A stretch of 22,878 nt of DNA from positions 1 to 22,878 of the forward strand of contig OZ219755.1 in NCBI GenBank assembly GCA_964291295.2. Direction: 5' to 3'. This document shows positions 16,525 through 22,878 of this stretch, in pieces. The translations under genes were made by a program, and so were the position numbers. The notes beneath the pieces were generated by a model. The model worked only from the letters and a program-made list of their open reading frames with translations. It was not told the origin of the DNA and did no database searches. This DNA comes from an uncultured Candidatus Binatia bacterium. GTDB taxonomy: Bacteria > Desulfobacterota > Binatia > UBA9968 > JAJDTQ01. Within the stretch, counting starts at the first letter, position 1. The number at the start of each line of letters is the position of its first letter.

Positions 16525-16846
16525 CCGCCTCCCCCTTCCCCGCCACCAGCTCCCCGATCTCCCGCTCCAGCGCCACCAGATGCGCCACCACCTCCACCGC
16601 CTCCGCCTCCGCCTTGTACGTGTTCGCCCACTTCGCGATCTGGTTCAGGTTGTTCCCCACTCGCGCCAACTGCCGCAACCGCTCCCGCTCCACTCCCGCC
16701 GCCTCCGCCGTCCACGTCCGCGTCTTCCCCATCGCCGCCCGTAGCAGTTCCGACGGCCTCCGACCCGTCGCCGCCGCCTTCGCCTTCCACTCCCGCTGCT
16801 CCTCCTCCGTCACACGTACCGTCACGAACGCCGTCCGCCGACTCAT
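16514..16846 (-). CDS. mobC: Relaxosome accessory RHH protein MobC/MbeC
   Basis: R...V.VRVT.EE...W..KA and LARVGNNLNQIAK.AN signature. GGAGGAG RBS. Confidence 0.93.
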   Translation of the reverse strand: MSRRTAFVTVRVTEEEQREWKAKAAATGRRPSELLRAAMGKTRTWTAEAAGVERERLRQLARVGNNLNQIAKWANTYKAEAEAVEVVAHLVALEREIGELVAGKGEADAH

Positions 16847-16959
16847 CTCTCCGCTCCTCCCCGCCCGCTCCCCTCGCGGCCACCACCGCTACGGTCCCGA
16901 CCGCCCAGGCGACCCGCGCCGCTCCTGCCGGGCCAAGGGCCTCCGCCCGCCACGGACCG

Positions 16960-17170
16960 GGGTGTCGGGGCTCCGCCCTGACGCTGGGGTGTCGGGGAGC
17001 AAGGCTCCCTGACCCGGGGGTGCTGGGGGCGCGGAGGCCCCTGGCGAGTGGTGCAGGACGCGATAGTCCTGCTCGGGTCTCGGGGCGATGCCATGAGCCG
17101 GGGGGTTCGTAGGGGGGCCGGTGGCTCCCCCTCGCCAGCATCAATGTACCACATTGAGTAGGCTGGCTGC
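16960..17170 (+). other. Origin of transfer (ColE1 bom-like); putative nic near 17166/17167
   Basis: Two copies of the ColE1/pBR322 bom-type motif GGGTGTCGGGG...CCCTGAC (16960-16982, 16987-17014). Hairpin TCAATGT-ACC-ACATTGA (17141-17157) followed by GTAGGCTGG^CT, similar to ColE1 nic ACTGG^CTT. Orientation upstream of mobC is as in ColE1. Confidence 0.7.
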
Positions 17171-17274
17171 TGCCCAGCCGGCCATGGGCCGGTAAAGGCG
17201 CCGGGCTCCGCCCCGGCGCGCGTGTCGCGGCGCTGCACGAACCGGCGGTGGAAATGCTATCATGTCATGACGGT

Positions 17275-17694
17275 ATGCGACGCGACACGCTCCAGATCCG
17301 CATCGATCCCCAGCTCCGCGAGCAACTCGCCCGCCTCCGCTCCCACCACCACCTCAATGTCTCCTCCTGGGCCCGCCAGGTCATCGCCGAGGCCCTCGAG
17401 CAACAGTTCCCCGAACTCCCCCCGCCAGCTCCTCCCGACCCCGATCCGCCGACCAGGCCCCCCGACCCCACGCCCATCCCCGGCTGGAGACCCTGCCGCC
17501 TCCCCGATGGCTCCTGGGGCTCTTCCCTCCCCGATCCACCTCCCGACCTGCTCTCCCAGGACCTCCCCGGCCGCTCCATCTCCGTCACCGACCGCTCCGG
17601 TCAGTCCTGGATCGCCTCCGTCTCCTCCGTCATCGAACTCTCCCCCTCCCGCATCACCGTCAAAGACTCCGGCCGCCCCGCCAAACGTCCCTGA
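17275..17694 (+). CDS. RHH-type DNA-binding protein with Pro-rich linker and small C-terminal beta domain
   Basis: MRRDTLQIRIDPQLREQLARL....LNVSSWARQVIAEALE has a ribbon-helix-helix pattern. Preceded by extended -10 TGcTATCAT (17255-17263) and palindrome GTCATGAC (17264-17271). Confidence 0.7.
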   Translation: MRRDTLQIRIDPQLREQLARLRSHHHLNVSSWARQVIAEALEQQFPELPPPAPPDPDPPTRPPDPTPIPGWRPCRLPDGSWGSSLPDPPPDLLSQDLPGRSISVTDRSGQSWIASVSSVIELSPSRITVKDSGRPAKRP

Positions 17695-17704
17695 GCTACC
17701 CTCC

Positions 17705-17989
17705 ATGGCCATCCGCTCCTTCGCCAGCCGCAAGACCCGACGCTTCGCCAAAGGCGATACCCGCCGCCTCCCCCCAGCCTTGGCCACCAAGATCATCTCC
17801 GTTCTCGAACAACTCGATTCCCTCTCCGACCCCGCCGACATCCTCCAACTCGGCCACCAGACCCACGCCCTGACCGGCGATCGCAAGGGCTTCTTCGCCG
17901 TCCCCATCTCCGGCGCCTGGCGCGTCGTCTTCCGCTTCGCCGACGGTAACGTCTATGATGTGGAAGTGGTCGACTACCACCGCAGCTGA
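17705..17989 (+). CDS. higB: HigB/RelE-family toxin (plasmid maintenance killer), 94 aa
   Basis: 3' end of ORF 17222..17989: MAIRSFASRKTRRF...HALTGDRKGFFAVPISGAWRVVFRFADGNVYDVEVVDYH. Confidence 0.93.
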   Translation: MAIRSFASRKTRRFAKGDTRRLPPALATKIISVLEQLDSLSDPADILQLGHQTHALTGDRKGFFAVPISGAWRVVFRFADGNVYDVEVVDYHRS

Positions 17990-17995
17990 TTCCCC

Positions 17996-18316
17996 ATGAC
18001 ACTCTACGAACAGGACGGCTCCATCTCCCCCGAGCAACTCCAGACGCTCCTCTCCTCCATCCGTCGCTCCCCCTCCCACCCCGGTCGCTTCCTCCTCGAA
18101 GCTGCCCACAACAAATCCCTCAGCCTCTCCCAGGCCGCCCGCCAGATCGGCGTCGACATCGCCTCGCTCTCCCGCGTTACCGAGGGCCGCGCCCCGGTAA
18201 CACCCGAACTCGCCCTCCGCCTCGAAACCGCCGGCTGGGCCAGTGCCCATACCTGGCTCCGCCTGCAAACTCAGTACGACCTCGCCCAAGCCCGCCGCAA
18301 CCTAGCGGCCGCCTGA
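17996..18316 (+). CDS. higA: HigA antitoxin (XRE HTH)
   Basis: PSHPGRFL..., AARQIGVDIASLSRVTEGRAPVTPELALRLE...W LRLQTQYDL. Starts 6 nt after higB. Confidence 0.93.
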   Translation: MTLYEQDGSISPEQLQTLLSSIRRSPSHPGRFLLEAAHNKSLSLSQAARQIGVDIASLSRVTEGRAPVTPELALRLETAGWASAHTWLRLQTQYDLAQARRNLAAA

Positions 18317-18561
18317 CAAAACCGTCAGCTCGCTGCCGCCATACCACCGACGACTGAACCCGGTTGTCTGGGGGGTCTGCATGGCCCAGGATCTCGCCGG
18401 TGCCGGTGCCTCCCTCTCCGAACTCCTGCACGCCGGCCTCGCAGGGTCGCAGGGCAAGCCCTCCCAGTGCAGCCCTGAGGGAGGGATAGGGACCATAGGC
18501 GTCATAGGCGTAGACACCAATCAGCTGAATCTAAATCACATACGGGATAAAACGTAACCGG

Positions 18562-18804
18562 TTGTCGCTCAGTTCGTGCTTGCAGCGACACAGGCGAAGT
18601 CACTTCGCTCGGATACACCTTGGGGAAACTCACGTTCGATCTTCACCATGCCGCTGGCAGCCATGGAAGCCGACCAGTGCGGCTTCCATGGCTCCGCAGC
18701 CGACCGCGGTCGCGGTCGCGGCTCACTGTCTCCTCTGGCACCAGGCCGACGCCATCAAGGAGGGACCGCTCTTCCGCCGCATCCGCTACCCCACCGACGA
18801 CTGA
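18562..18804 (+). pseudogene. Eroded fragment of a second Cre-like tyrosine recombinase
   Basis: Contains W...AIKEGPLFRRIR, RRS..ARI in the same frame upstream and a KTDQ-like EADQ.G in another frame. No HxxR or catalytic Tyr follows. Confidence 0.45.
18659..18693. repeat. Perfect 14-7-14 inverted repeat (lox-like geometry)
   Basis: AGCCATGGAAGCCG-ACCAGTG-CGGCTTCCATGGCT. Confidence 0.85.
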
Positions 18805-19327
18805 TCCCGGCAACTCCCTGACGCCAGTTGGCCCCCAACGCGTCCTGCCCCTCCGGCGGGTCAAGGGACCATCGGGGCCTGTCGTGCGCTCCTACCCCGG
18901 CTGTCGTCCCATTACGGGGTGTTCTGACCGACCACAGAGAACGATACTCTGCTCTGGGAGAACCCTGCAGAACTCAGGGCCTATGAGAAATTCGGGCACT
19001 GTATTGGGGAACGGGCTATTGCCAATTCCCGGACTTGGGGGATCCGCCCAGCTAACTCCACAGACGGACCAAGATGCCCCGACCAGTCACTGCTACGGGC
19101 ACCATCCAGCCGATGGCTGGGTCTTGGGCTAACCTGAGAGGGCGTCCGGAAACGGAGGCAGGCAACGCTGGGGAGCGTCCTGCCGAGGGATACGGGCGTA
19201 ACGGTGACCGATGGTTGCCCGGGCGGCTCGAGAGGTTGACACCAGCGAGCCGCCCTTCCGGTCAGAGCCCCTCCATCGGGGCCGTTCCATGCCTAAAAAA
19301 ACCCTGGGGGAGCGCCCGCTAGGGCGC

Positions 19328-19380
19328 GGGGGCAAAGCCCCCCCTGTTCCGCGGGGGGTGCGGGGGGCGGCAAGCCCCCC
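19328..19380. other. Two GC hairpins flanking the replication origin
   Basis: GGGGGC-AAA-GCCCCC (19328-19342) and GGGGGGC-GGCAA-GCCCCCC (19362-19380). Confidence 0.55.
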
Positions 19381-19410
19381 CGCTCGGGCAGGGCACTGCG
19401 AGGAAGAGCG

Positions 19411-19466
19411 TTCAAGATTAGATTAGATCTTAGATAAAGCTTAGATAAAGATCTATATAACTGTAT
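19411..19466. other. AT-rich DNA-unwinding element of oriV
   Basis: AT-rich island in GC-rich DNA with repeated TTAGAT and two copies of TTAGATAAAG (19430-19439, 19441-19450), directly next to the iterons. Confidence 0.8.
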
Positions 19467-19627
19467 GGGTAACACCGATATGGCGCACGGGTAACACCGA
19501 TATGGCGCACGGGTAACACCGATATGGCGCACGGGTAACACCGATATGGCGCACGGGTAACACCGATATGGCGCACGGGTAACACCGATATGGCGCACGG
19601 GTAACACCGATATGGCGCACGGGTCAC
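19467..19627. repeat. Replication iterons: 7 perfect 22-bp tandem repeats plus a partial eighth
   Basis: GGGTAACACCGATATGGCGCAC x7 (19467-19620), then GGGTCAC overlapping the rep stop codon. The 22-bp period (two helical turns) is as in IncQ iterons. Confidence 0.95.
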
Positions 19628-20583
19628 TTAGCAGGAGCAACGGTAACATCCTCCCAGTCCATCGCTGGCCGACCGATGTCGAACCGACCCGGCGCGTATT
19701 CGACCACCGTCCAGGGCCGACCGAAGCCCTCCAGCTCACGCAGCCCGCGCCGAACTCGCTGGCGCCGAGCAGCCATTGCTCGCTTACTCGGCGCAGGTTC
19801 CGGCCAGACGTACATGCACAGCGTGTCGAGCCGTACCCGCCCACTTGATCCGTGGTTGATGAACGCACAGAGTCGCTGGTGGATCAGCCGTGCTGCATCA
19901 GTGCGCAAGGCTCGAACTTCTCTCAAGTCCATGCGGATGTACTTCACACCCGTCAGCTCGCCCAACCCCGCTAGCGCGATATTCGCCAAATGTGGATTGA
20001 GTGCCAGCTTCAGGTCGCCAGGGCCCCCACCCGGACTACCGTCCTTCTTCCAGATCCCGGCCATGAGGTGGACCGCACCACGCAGTCCCAACCCATCGAA
20101 CTTGACGCCGATCATACACAGCCGTTCGACGGATTTCTGAATCTTCTTGATGACGCTACCAGAGTTAGGATTGAGCCCTACGGCCCGGGCCACAGCCCTC
20201 CAACTCCCGTTGAGACGGAGCGCCACTTGATTTCTCAGATCATCCTTTGCCGCGAAGCCAAGTACCAATTGCATACCCTCTGTGTCATTCTGATCACCCA
20301 GCAGCAGTGCTCCATCGCTTATCACATCGTGCGTAACCAGCGCCATGATCCCTTGCAGTACCCGCAGATCGTCCACGCCTAGCAGATCCGGCGAAAGGAA
20401 GGTGATCGTCACATCACCCTTGCGGGACTGGTAGACCACTTCCAGCCGCTGCTTCCGTGCCGCTTCGCCCTTCGGCAGGGACCGGAACAGGCCGGGTGCC
20501 AGCGCGCAATCGGGGTCCATCGCTGCGAACTCCGGCAGATCCGGAGGTCCCAAACTCGATACCCCGGCAATCTCGTTCGGCAT
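19624..20583 (-). CDS. repC: Replication initiator, IncQ RepC family
   Basis: DP.C.LAPGLFRSL..GE, LG.DDLRVLQG..A, Y.R.D..EVRAL..D.ARLIHQRLC..I..G.SGRV.LDTLC.YVWP and W.V.EYA.G...I.RP. Start taken as ATG 20583, just after the upstream gene. Confidence 0.9.
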   Translation of the reverse strand: MPNEIAGVSSLGPPDLPEFAAMDPDCALAPGLFRSLPKGEAARKQRLEVVYQSRKGDVTITFLSPDLLGVDDLRVLQGIMALVTHDVISDGALLLGDQNDTEGMQLVLGFAAKDDLRNQVALRLNGSWRAVARAVGLNPNSGSVIKKIQKSVERLCMIGVKFDGLGLRGAVHLMAGIWKKDGSPGGGPGDLKLALNPHLANIALAGLGELTGVKYIRMDLREVRALRTDAARLIHQRLCAFINHGSSGRVRLDTLCMYVWPEPAPSKRAMAARRQRVRRGLRELEGFGRPWTVVEYAPGRFDIGRPAMDWEDVTVAPAK

Positions 20584-20588
20584 CGACA

Positions 20589-20744
20589 CTACCCCGGAAA
20601 CCGCTGTTCGAGTAGTTCGGTCACAACGGTCGTCATATCCCGCCCTTCGAGGGCACACCCCGCTTTGACTCGGGTATGCAGATCCACTTGGCGGCGCCTG
20701 CCAGGATTGGTTCGCGGCAGGCTGCATAGCATCATGAGCCGCAT
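20589..20744 (-). CDS. ParG-like RHH protein, possibly damaged by an in-frame insertion
   Basis: DLHTRVKAGCALEGRDMTTVVTELLEQRFP has a ParG-type helix pattern. The beta-strand region is interrupted by CSLPRTNPGRRR. Start uncertain (20744 or 20771). Confidence 0.6.
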   Translation of the reverse strand: MRLMMLCSLPRTNPGRRRQVDLHTRVKAGCALEGRDMTTVVTELLEQRFPG

Positions 20745-20784
20745 CTGTTCAAGCTCTCCCGTGCTGTCCACTTCGGCATGGTTT

Positions 20785-21111
20785 CTACTCTGCGGCGGGC
20801 GGTCCGCCACTTTTGGACAGGGGCGCGATTTCGGGCCGGCCACGCTTGGCAAACAAGTCGTTCAGCGCTTCGGCGAGCAACTCCTGGATTGTAGTTTCCT
20901 CTTCGGCAGCGAGCAGGCGGAGTTGCTTCTTCACGACCGGGGGGAAGTAAGCGGTTACGTTCGTTTTTGATTCCCGCCCAGGTCGGTAGTGGCGGTTGCG
21001 CGGAATCGAAGGCGGCGGTGGCGGTTCCGCTGGAGCTGCGTCACCGTCGGGAGCCCGTGTTCGGGCGCCTTGCAGCATGGCCTGCCGTAAGTCGGCCGTT
21101 CGTTTAGCCAT
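20785..21111 (-). CDS. RHH centromere-binding partner of ParA (type Ib partition adaptor)
   Basis: Flexible N-terminus, then R..K.NVTAYFPP.VKKQLRLLAAEE.TTIQELLAEALNDLFAK.G.P. Overlaps the parA stop; GAGGTG RBS. Confidence 0.85.
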   Translation of the reverse strand: MAKRTADLRQAMLQGARTRAPDGDAAPAEPPPPPSIPRNRHYRPGRESKTNVTAYFPPVVKKQLRLLAAEEETTIQELLAEALNDLFAKRGRPEIAPLSKSGGPPAAE

Positions 21112-21757
21112 TGGAGTTCACCTCTTCCAGAGTTGATGAGTTTACCACTTGACACATGAACTGGTAAACATATTCGATTTCCTGGGCCGCTTTACCCTTG
21201 GGCTCGTATTCCTGAGCACTCAAACCGACGCCTCCTGCGTGATCGAATGCCACACGCTGGCCGAGAGATGCCGGACACACCACAAGACCCAAGTCCTCGA
21301 GAACCTCCGTGGCTTGGTCCCTCTTGCGGCCGCGAGCAAGTACCCCGTTCAGAACTACCGTGGTGGAACGCCCGCCCGAGAACCGGACCAACTCGACTGT
21401 TGTCGCAACGGTTTCGAGATCGTAGACAGCTGGCCGGCATGGAATGAGCACATGGCGGCAAGCCCTTGCAGCTGCCATTGCAGCCTGCTCGGACCGCGGG
21501 GGCGTATCGATCAGGACAAGGTCGGCACCCTGCGCCTCGGCCGCTTGCAGGATATGCGGCAGTCGTGCGGGCTGGGCCGATATCACAACGGGGGAGTCTG
21601 ACCGGCGCCGGTCCCCCCAGCCGCTAGCACTTGCCTGTGGGTCCAGGTCGACAACAGCTGTAGTCCGTCCGTCTCGCTCGGCAGCCACGGCAAGCGAGAT
21701 GGCCAGGGTTGTCTTTCCAGTGCCACCCTTCTGCGCAATGATCGCAATCACGTCCAT
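21104..21757 (-). CDS. parA: ParA-family Walker ATPase (short type Ib)
   Basis: KGGTGKTT, VDLDPQAS and LIDTPP; 217 aa with no N-terminal HTH. Confidence 0.95.
   Translation of the reverse strand: MDVIAIIAQKGGTGKTTLAISLAVAAERDGRTTAVVDLDPQASASGWGDRRRSDSPVVISAQPARLPHILQAAEAQGADLVLIDTPPRSEQAAMAAARACRHVLIPCRPAVYDLETVATTVELVRFSGGRSTTVVLNGVLARGRKRDQATEVLEDLGLVVCPASLGQRVAFDHAGGVGLSAQEYEPKGKAAQEIEYVYQFMCQVVNSSTLEEVNSNG
21130..21169. promoter_or_regulatory. Centromere/operator-like 8-bp-period array inside the 3' end of parA
   Basis: Minus strand GTTTACCA GTTCATGT GTCAAGTG GTAAACTC ATCAACTC. Shares TTGATGAGTT with the upstream array. Confidence 0.6.
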
Positions 21758-21767
21758 GACCCACCTG

Positions 21768-21799
21768 CACTTGATGAGTTAACTCATCAACCCATCAAG
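21768..21799. promoter_or_regulatory. Centromere/operator-like array upstream of parA
   Basis: Perfect 20-bp palindrome TTGATGAGTTAACTCATCAA (21771-21790) within the 8-bp units CTTGATGG GTTGATGA GTTAACTC ATCAAGTG. Confidence 0.7.
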
Positions 21800-21862
21800 T
21801 TGTGATCTCGTCAAGAATATAACAGACTGACAGGGTTGTCCGCTCGACCACGTCTGCCGCTT

Positions 21863-22030
21863 TCACCCGGAAGTGGTGGCGGTCGGTTGCGGGTCGTCGT
21901 GGAGGTGGATGCGTTCGAGGGACTGGACGCGGTCGGCGAGGTCGGCGCAGAGGCTGTGGCGGGTGGCGTGGAGCTGTTCGCGGAGTGCGTTGGCGACGAG
22001 CTGTTCGGCGCCGGATCGCCCGGCGCGCAC
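21863..22030 (-). CDS. Possible small helical hypothetical protein
   Basis: Protein-like 3' end of ORF 21863..22849 (EQLVANALREQLHATRHSLCADLADRVQSLERIHL). GTG 8 nt after the upstream stop; weak RBS. Confidence 0.3.
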   Translation of the reverse strand: MRAGRSGAEQLVANALREQLHATRHSLCADLADRVQSLERIHLHDDPQPTATTSG

Positions 22031-22038
22031 TTCCGTCT

Positions 22039-22266
22039 TCAGTGCACGCTGGCGGTGGCGTCCTCCGCGGCGATCCGGACCGTCTTGGCCGTCTTGCCGG
22101 TCAGGGCGTCCTGGACGCGGATGACCGCCGCGCGCCCGCGCCGCCGTGGTTCCCACAGCCGGATCGCTTCGGCCAGCGCTTGATCGACGTTCTCCGCGAT
22201 CAGCGGTCCGGGTTTCTCGAAGCCGTTGACCAGCATCGTCCAGTGCGTGAATCTCGCAGGTCTCAT
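22039..22266 (-). CDS. Small hypothetical protein (75 aa)
   Basis: AAGGAG RBS before ATG; normal amino-acid composition; co-oriented downstream of the recombinase. Confidence 0.6.
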   Translation of the reverse strand: MRPARFTHWTMLVNGFEKPGPLIAENVDQALAEAIRLWEPRRRGRAAVIRVQDALTGKTAKTVRIAAEDATASVH

Positions 22267-22314
22267 TCCCTGTCTCCTTTCTGGCGCCCGCGGTGCGGAT
22301 CACCACTACCACTA

Positions 22315-22878
22315 TCACCGTTGCGTGGACCCGCCCCGGTCGGTGCGGTCCGGGGAGTCGCCTGCGGGGTCCGTGGCGGGCGGGTCCGCGAGGTACCTGG
22401 CGACGGCGCCCTGGCGGGCGGCCTCGCGGCGGGTGTAGCGCAGGACCATGGTGGCGGAGCGCCAGCCGGCGGCGGCGGCGATCTCGTGGGTGCTGGCGCC
22501 CGCGCGGGCGAGCTCGACGGCGAGTCCGACGCGTCCGGAGTGCCCCGAGAACCCCGCGCCCAGCCCGGCGGCGCGGGCGGCCGCGGCCACGCGACGGCTG
22601 ATCTGGCGCTCCCCGATCCCGAACACGCGCTCGGCCGGATCCGGCGCCGCGGTGCCCTCCGGACCCAAGGTGGCGAGCTCGGCCATGACGGAACGCGGCA
22701 GGTAGCGGGCTTCGCCGGCGGCGTGGGGATCGGTCTTGGAGCGGCGCACCCAGAGCAGTCCGGAGCCGTCGGGCCGAGCCTCGAGGTCGGCCCAGGTCAG
22801 CGCGGCTGCCTCGCTGCGGCGCAGGCCGGCATAGAGCAGCACGGCGCACAGGGCGCGGGCGGGGGACTCGCGATGGCG
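22315..22878 (-). CDS. Cre-like tyrosine recombinase, catalytic half; open to the right edge
   Basis: GLRRSE (R), RSKTD (K), GHSGR (HxxR), GW (Cre-type W) and M..RY (Y). The frame stays open up to 22878. Confidence 0.93.
   Translation of the reverse strand, partial: RHRESPARALCAVLLYAGLRRSEAAALTWADLEARPDGSGLLWVRRSKTDPHAAGEARYLPRSVMAELATLGPEGTAAPDPAERVFGIGERQISRRVAAAARAAGLGAGFSGHSGRVGLAVELARAGASTHEIAAAAGWRSATMVLRYTRREAARQGAVARYLADPPATDPAGDSPDRTDRGGSTQR

Larger units (their letters stand above)
1..22878. mobile_element. Mobilisable plasmid, probably the whole circular replicon
   Basis: Rep plus iterons, parA plus RHH adaptors, relaxase/mobC/oriT and TA modules are present, with no chromosomal housekeeping genes. 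The two ends of the window carry complementary halves of one tyrosine recombinase on the same strand. GC skew flips near the iterons and roughly opposite them. Confidence 0.92.

Noticed and set aside
15108-17112. Long plus-strand ORFs (469 aa, 546 aa) and other Pro-rich ORFs
   Set aside because: Antisense shadows of the mob genes caused by extreme C-richness; no motifs or RBS.
17222-17704. Ser/Pro-rich N-terminus apparently fused to HigB
   Set aside because: Alternative-frame read-through of the C-rich RHH gene; HigB starts at 17705.
18494-18560. CATAGGCGT x2 and an AT-richer stretch as a dif/Xer site
   Set aside because: No convincing XerC/XerD arm match or dyad symmetry.
19467-19627. Tandem 22-bp repeats as a CRISPR array or repeat-protein ORFs (19293..19868, 19430..19627)
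   Set aside because: The units are contiguous with no spacers, there are no cas genes, and they sit next to rep and an AT-rich patch, so they are iterons.
21863-22849. 328-aa Arg-rich ORF
   Set aside because: Off-frame shadow of the recombinase and the 75-aa gene; only the last ~55 codons might be coding.

Overview
This window looks like a complete or nearly complete ~22.9-kb GC-rich mobilisable plasmid that was linearised inside a Cre-like tyrosine recombinase gene (N-terminal half at 1-437, catalytic half at 22315-22878, both on the minus strand). The backbone (14.9-22.9 kb) has an IncQ RepC-type initiator with 7 perfect 22-bp iterons and an AT-rich patch but no RepA helicase or RepB primase. 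It also has a type Ib parA/RHH partition cassette with 8-bp-period centromere-like repeats, a ColE1-like mobC-mobA region with mobB and mobD nested in mobA plus an oriT, and an intact higBA module. The cargo (0.7-14.9 kb) comprises a second higBA with a frameshifted toxin, a 4-TM protein, a fused type IIG restriction-modification enzyme, an ECF sigma factor, two lower-GC operons of secreted proteins (one led by a MepA/LAS-type peptidoglycan peptidase followed by two paralogues), a small gene present as two full copies and two relics, and several pseudogene fragments. The best candidate for an undescribed system is a translationally coupled two-gene operon: an anchor-less GT51 peptidoglycan glycosyltransferase-like protein followed by a Pol-beta-superfamily nucleotidyltransferase (2525-3819). 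All calls come from motif recognition by eye; no database search was run.
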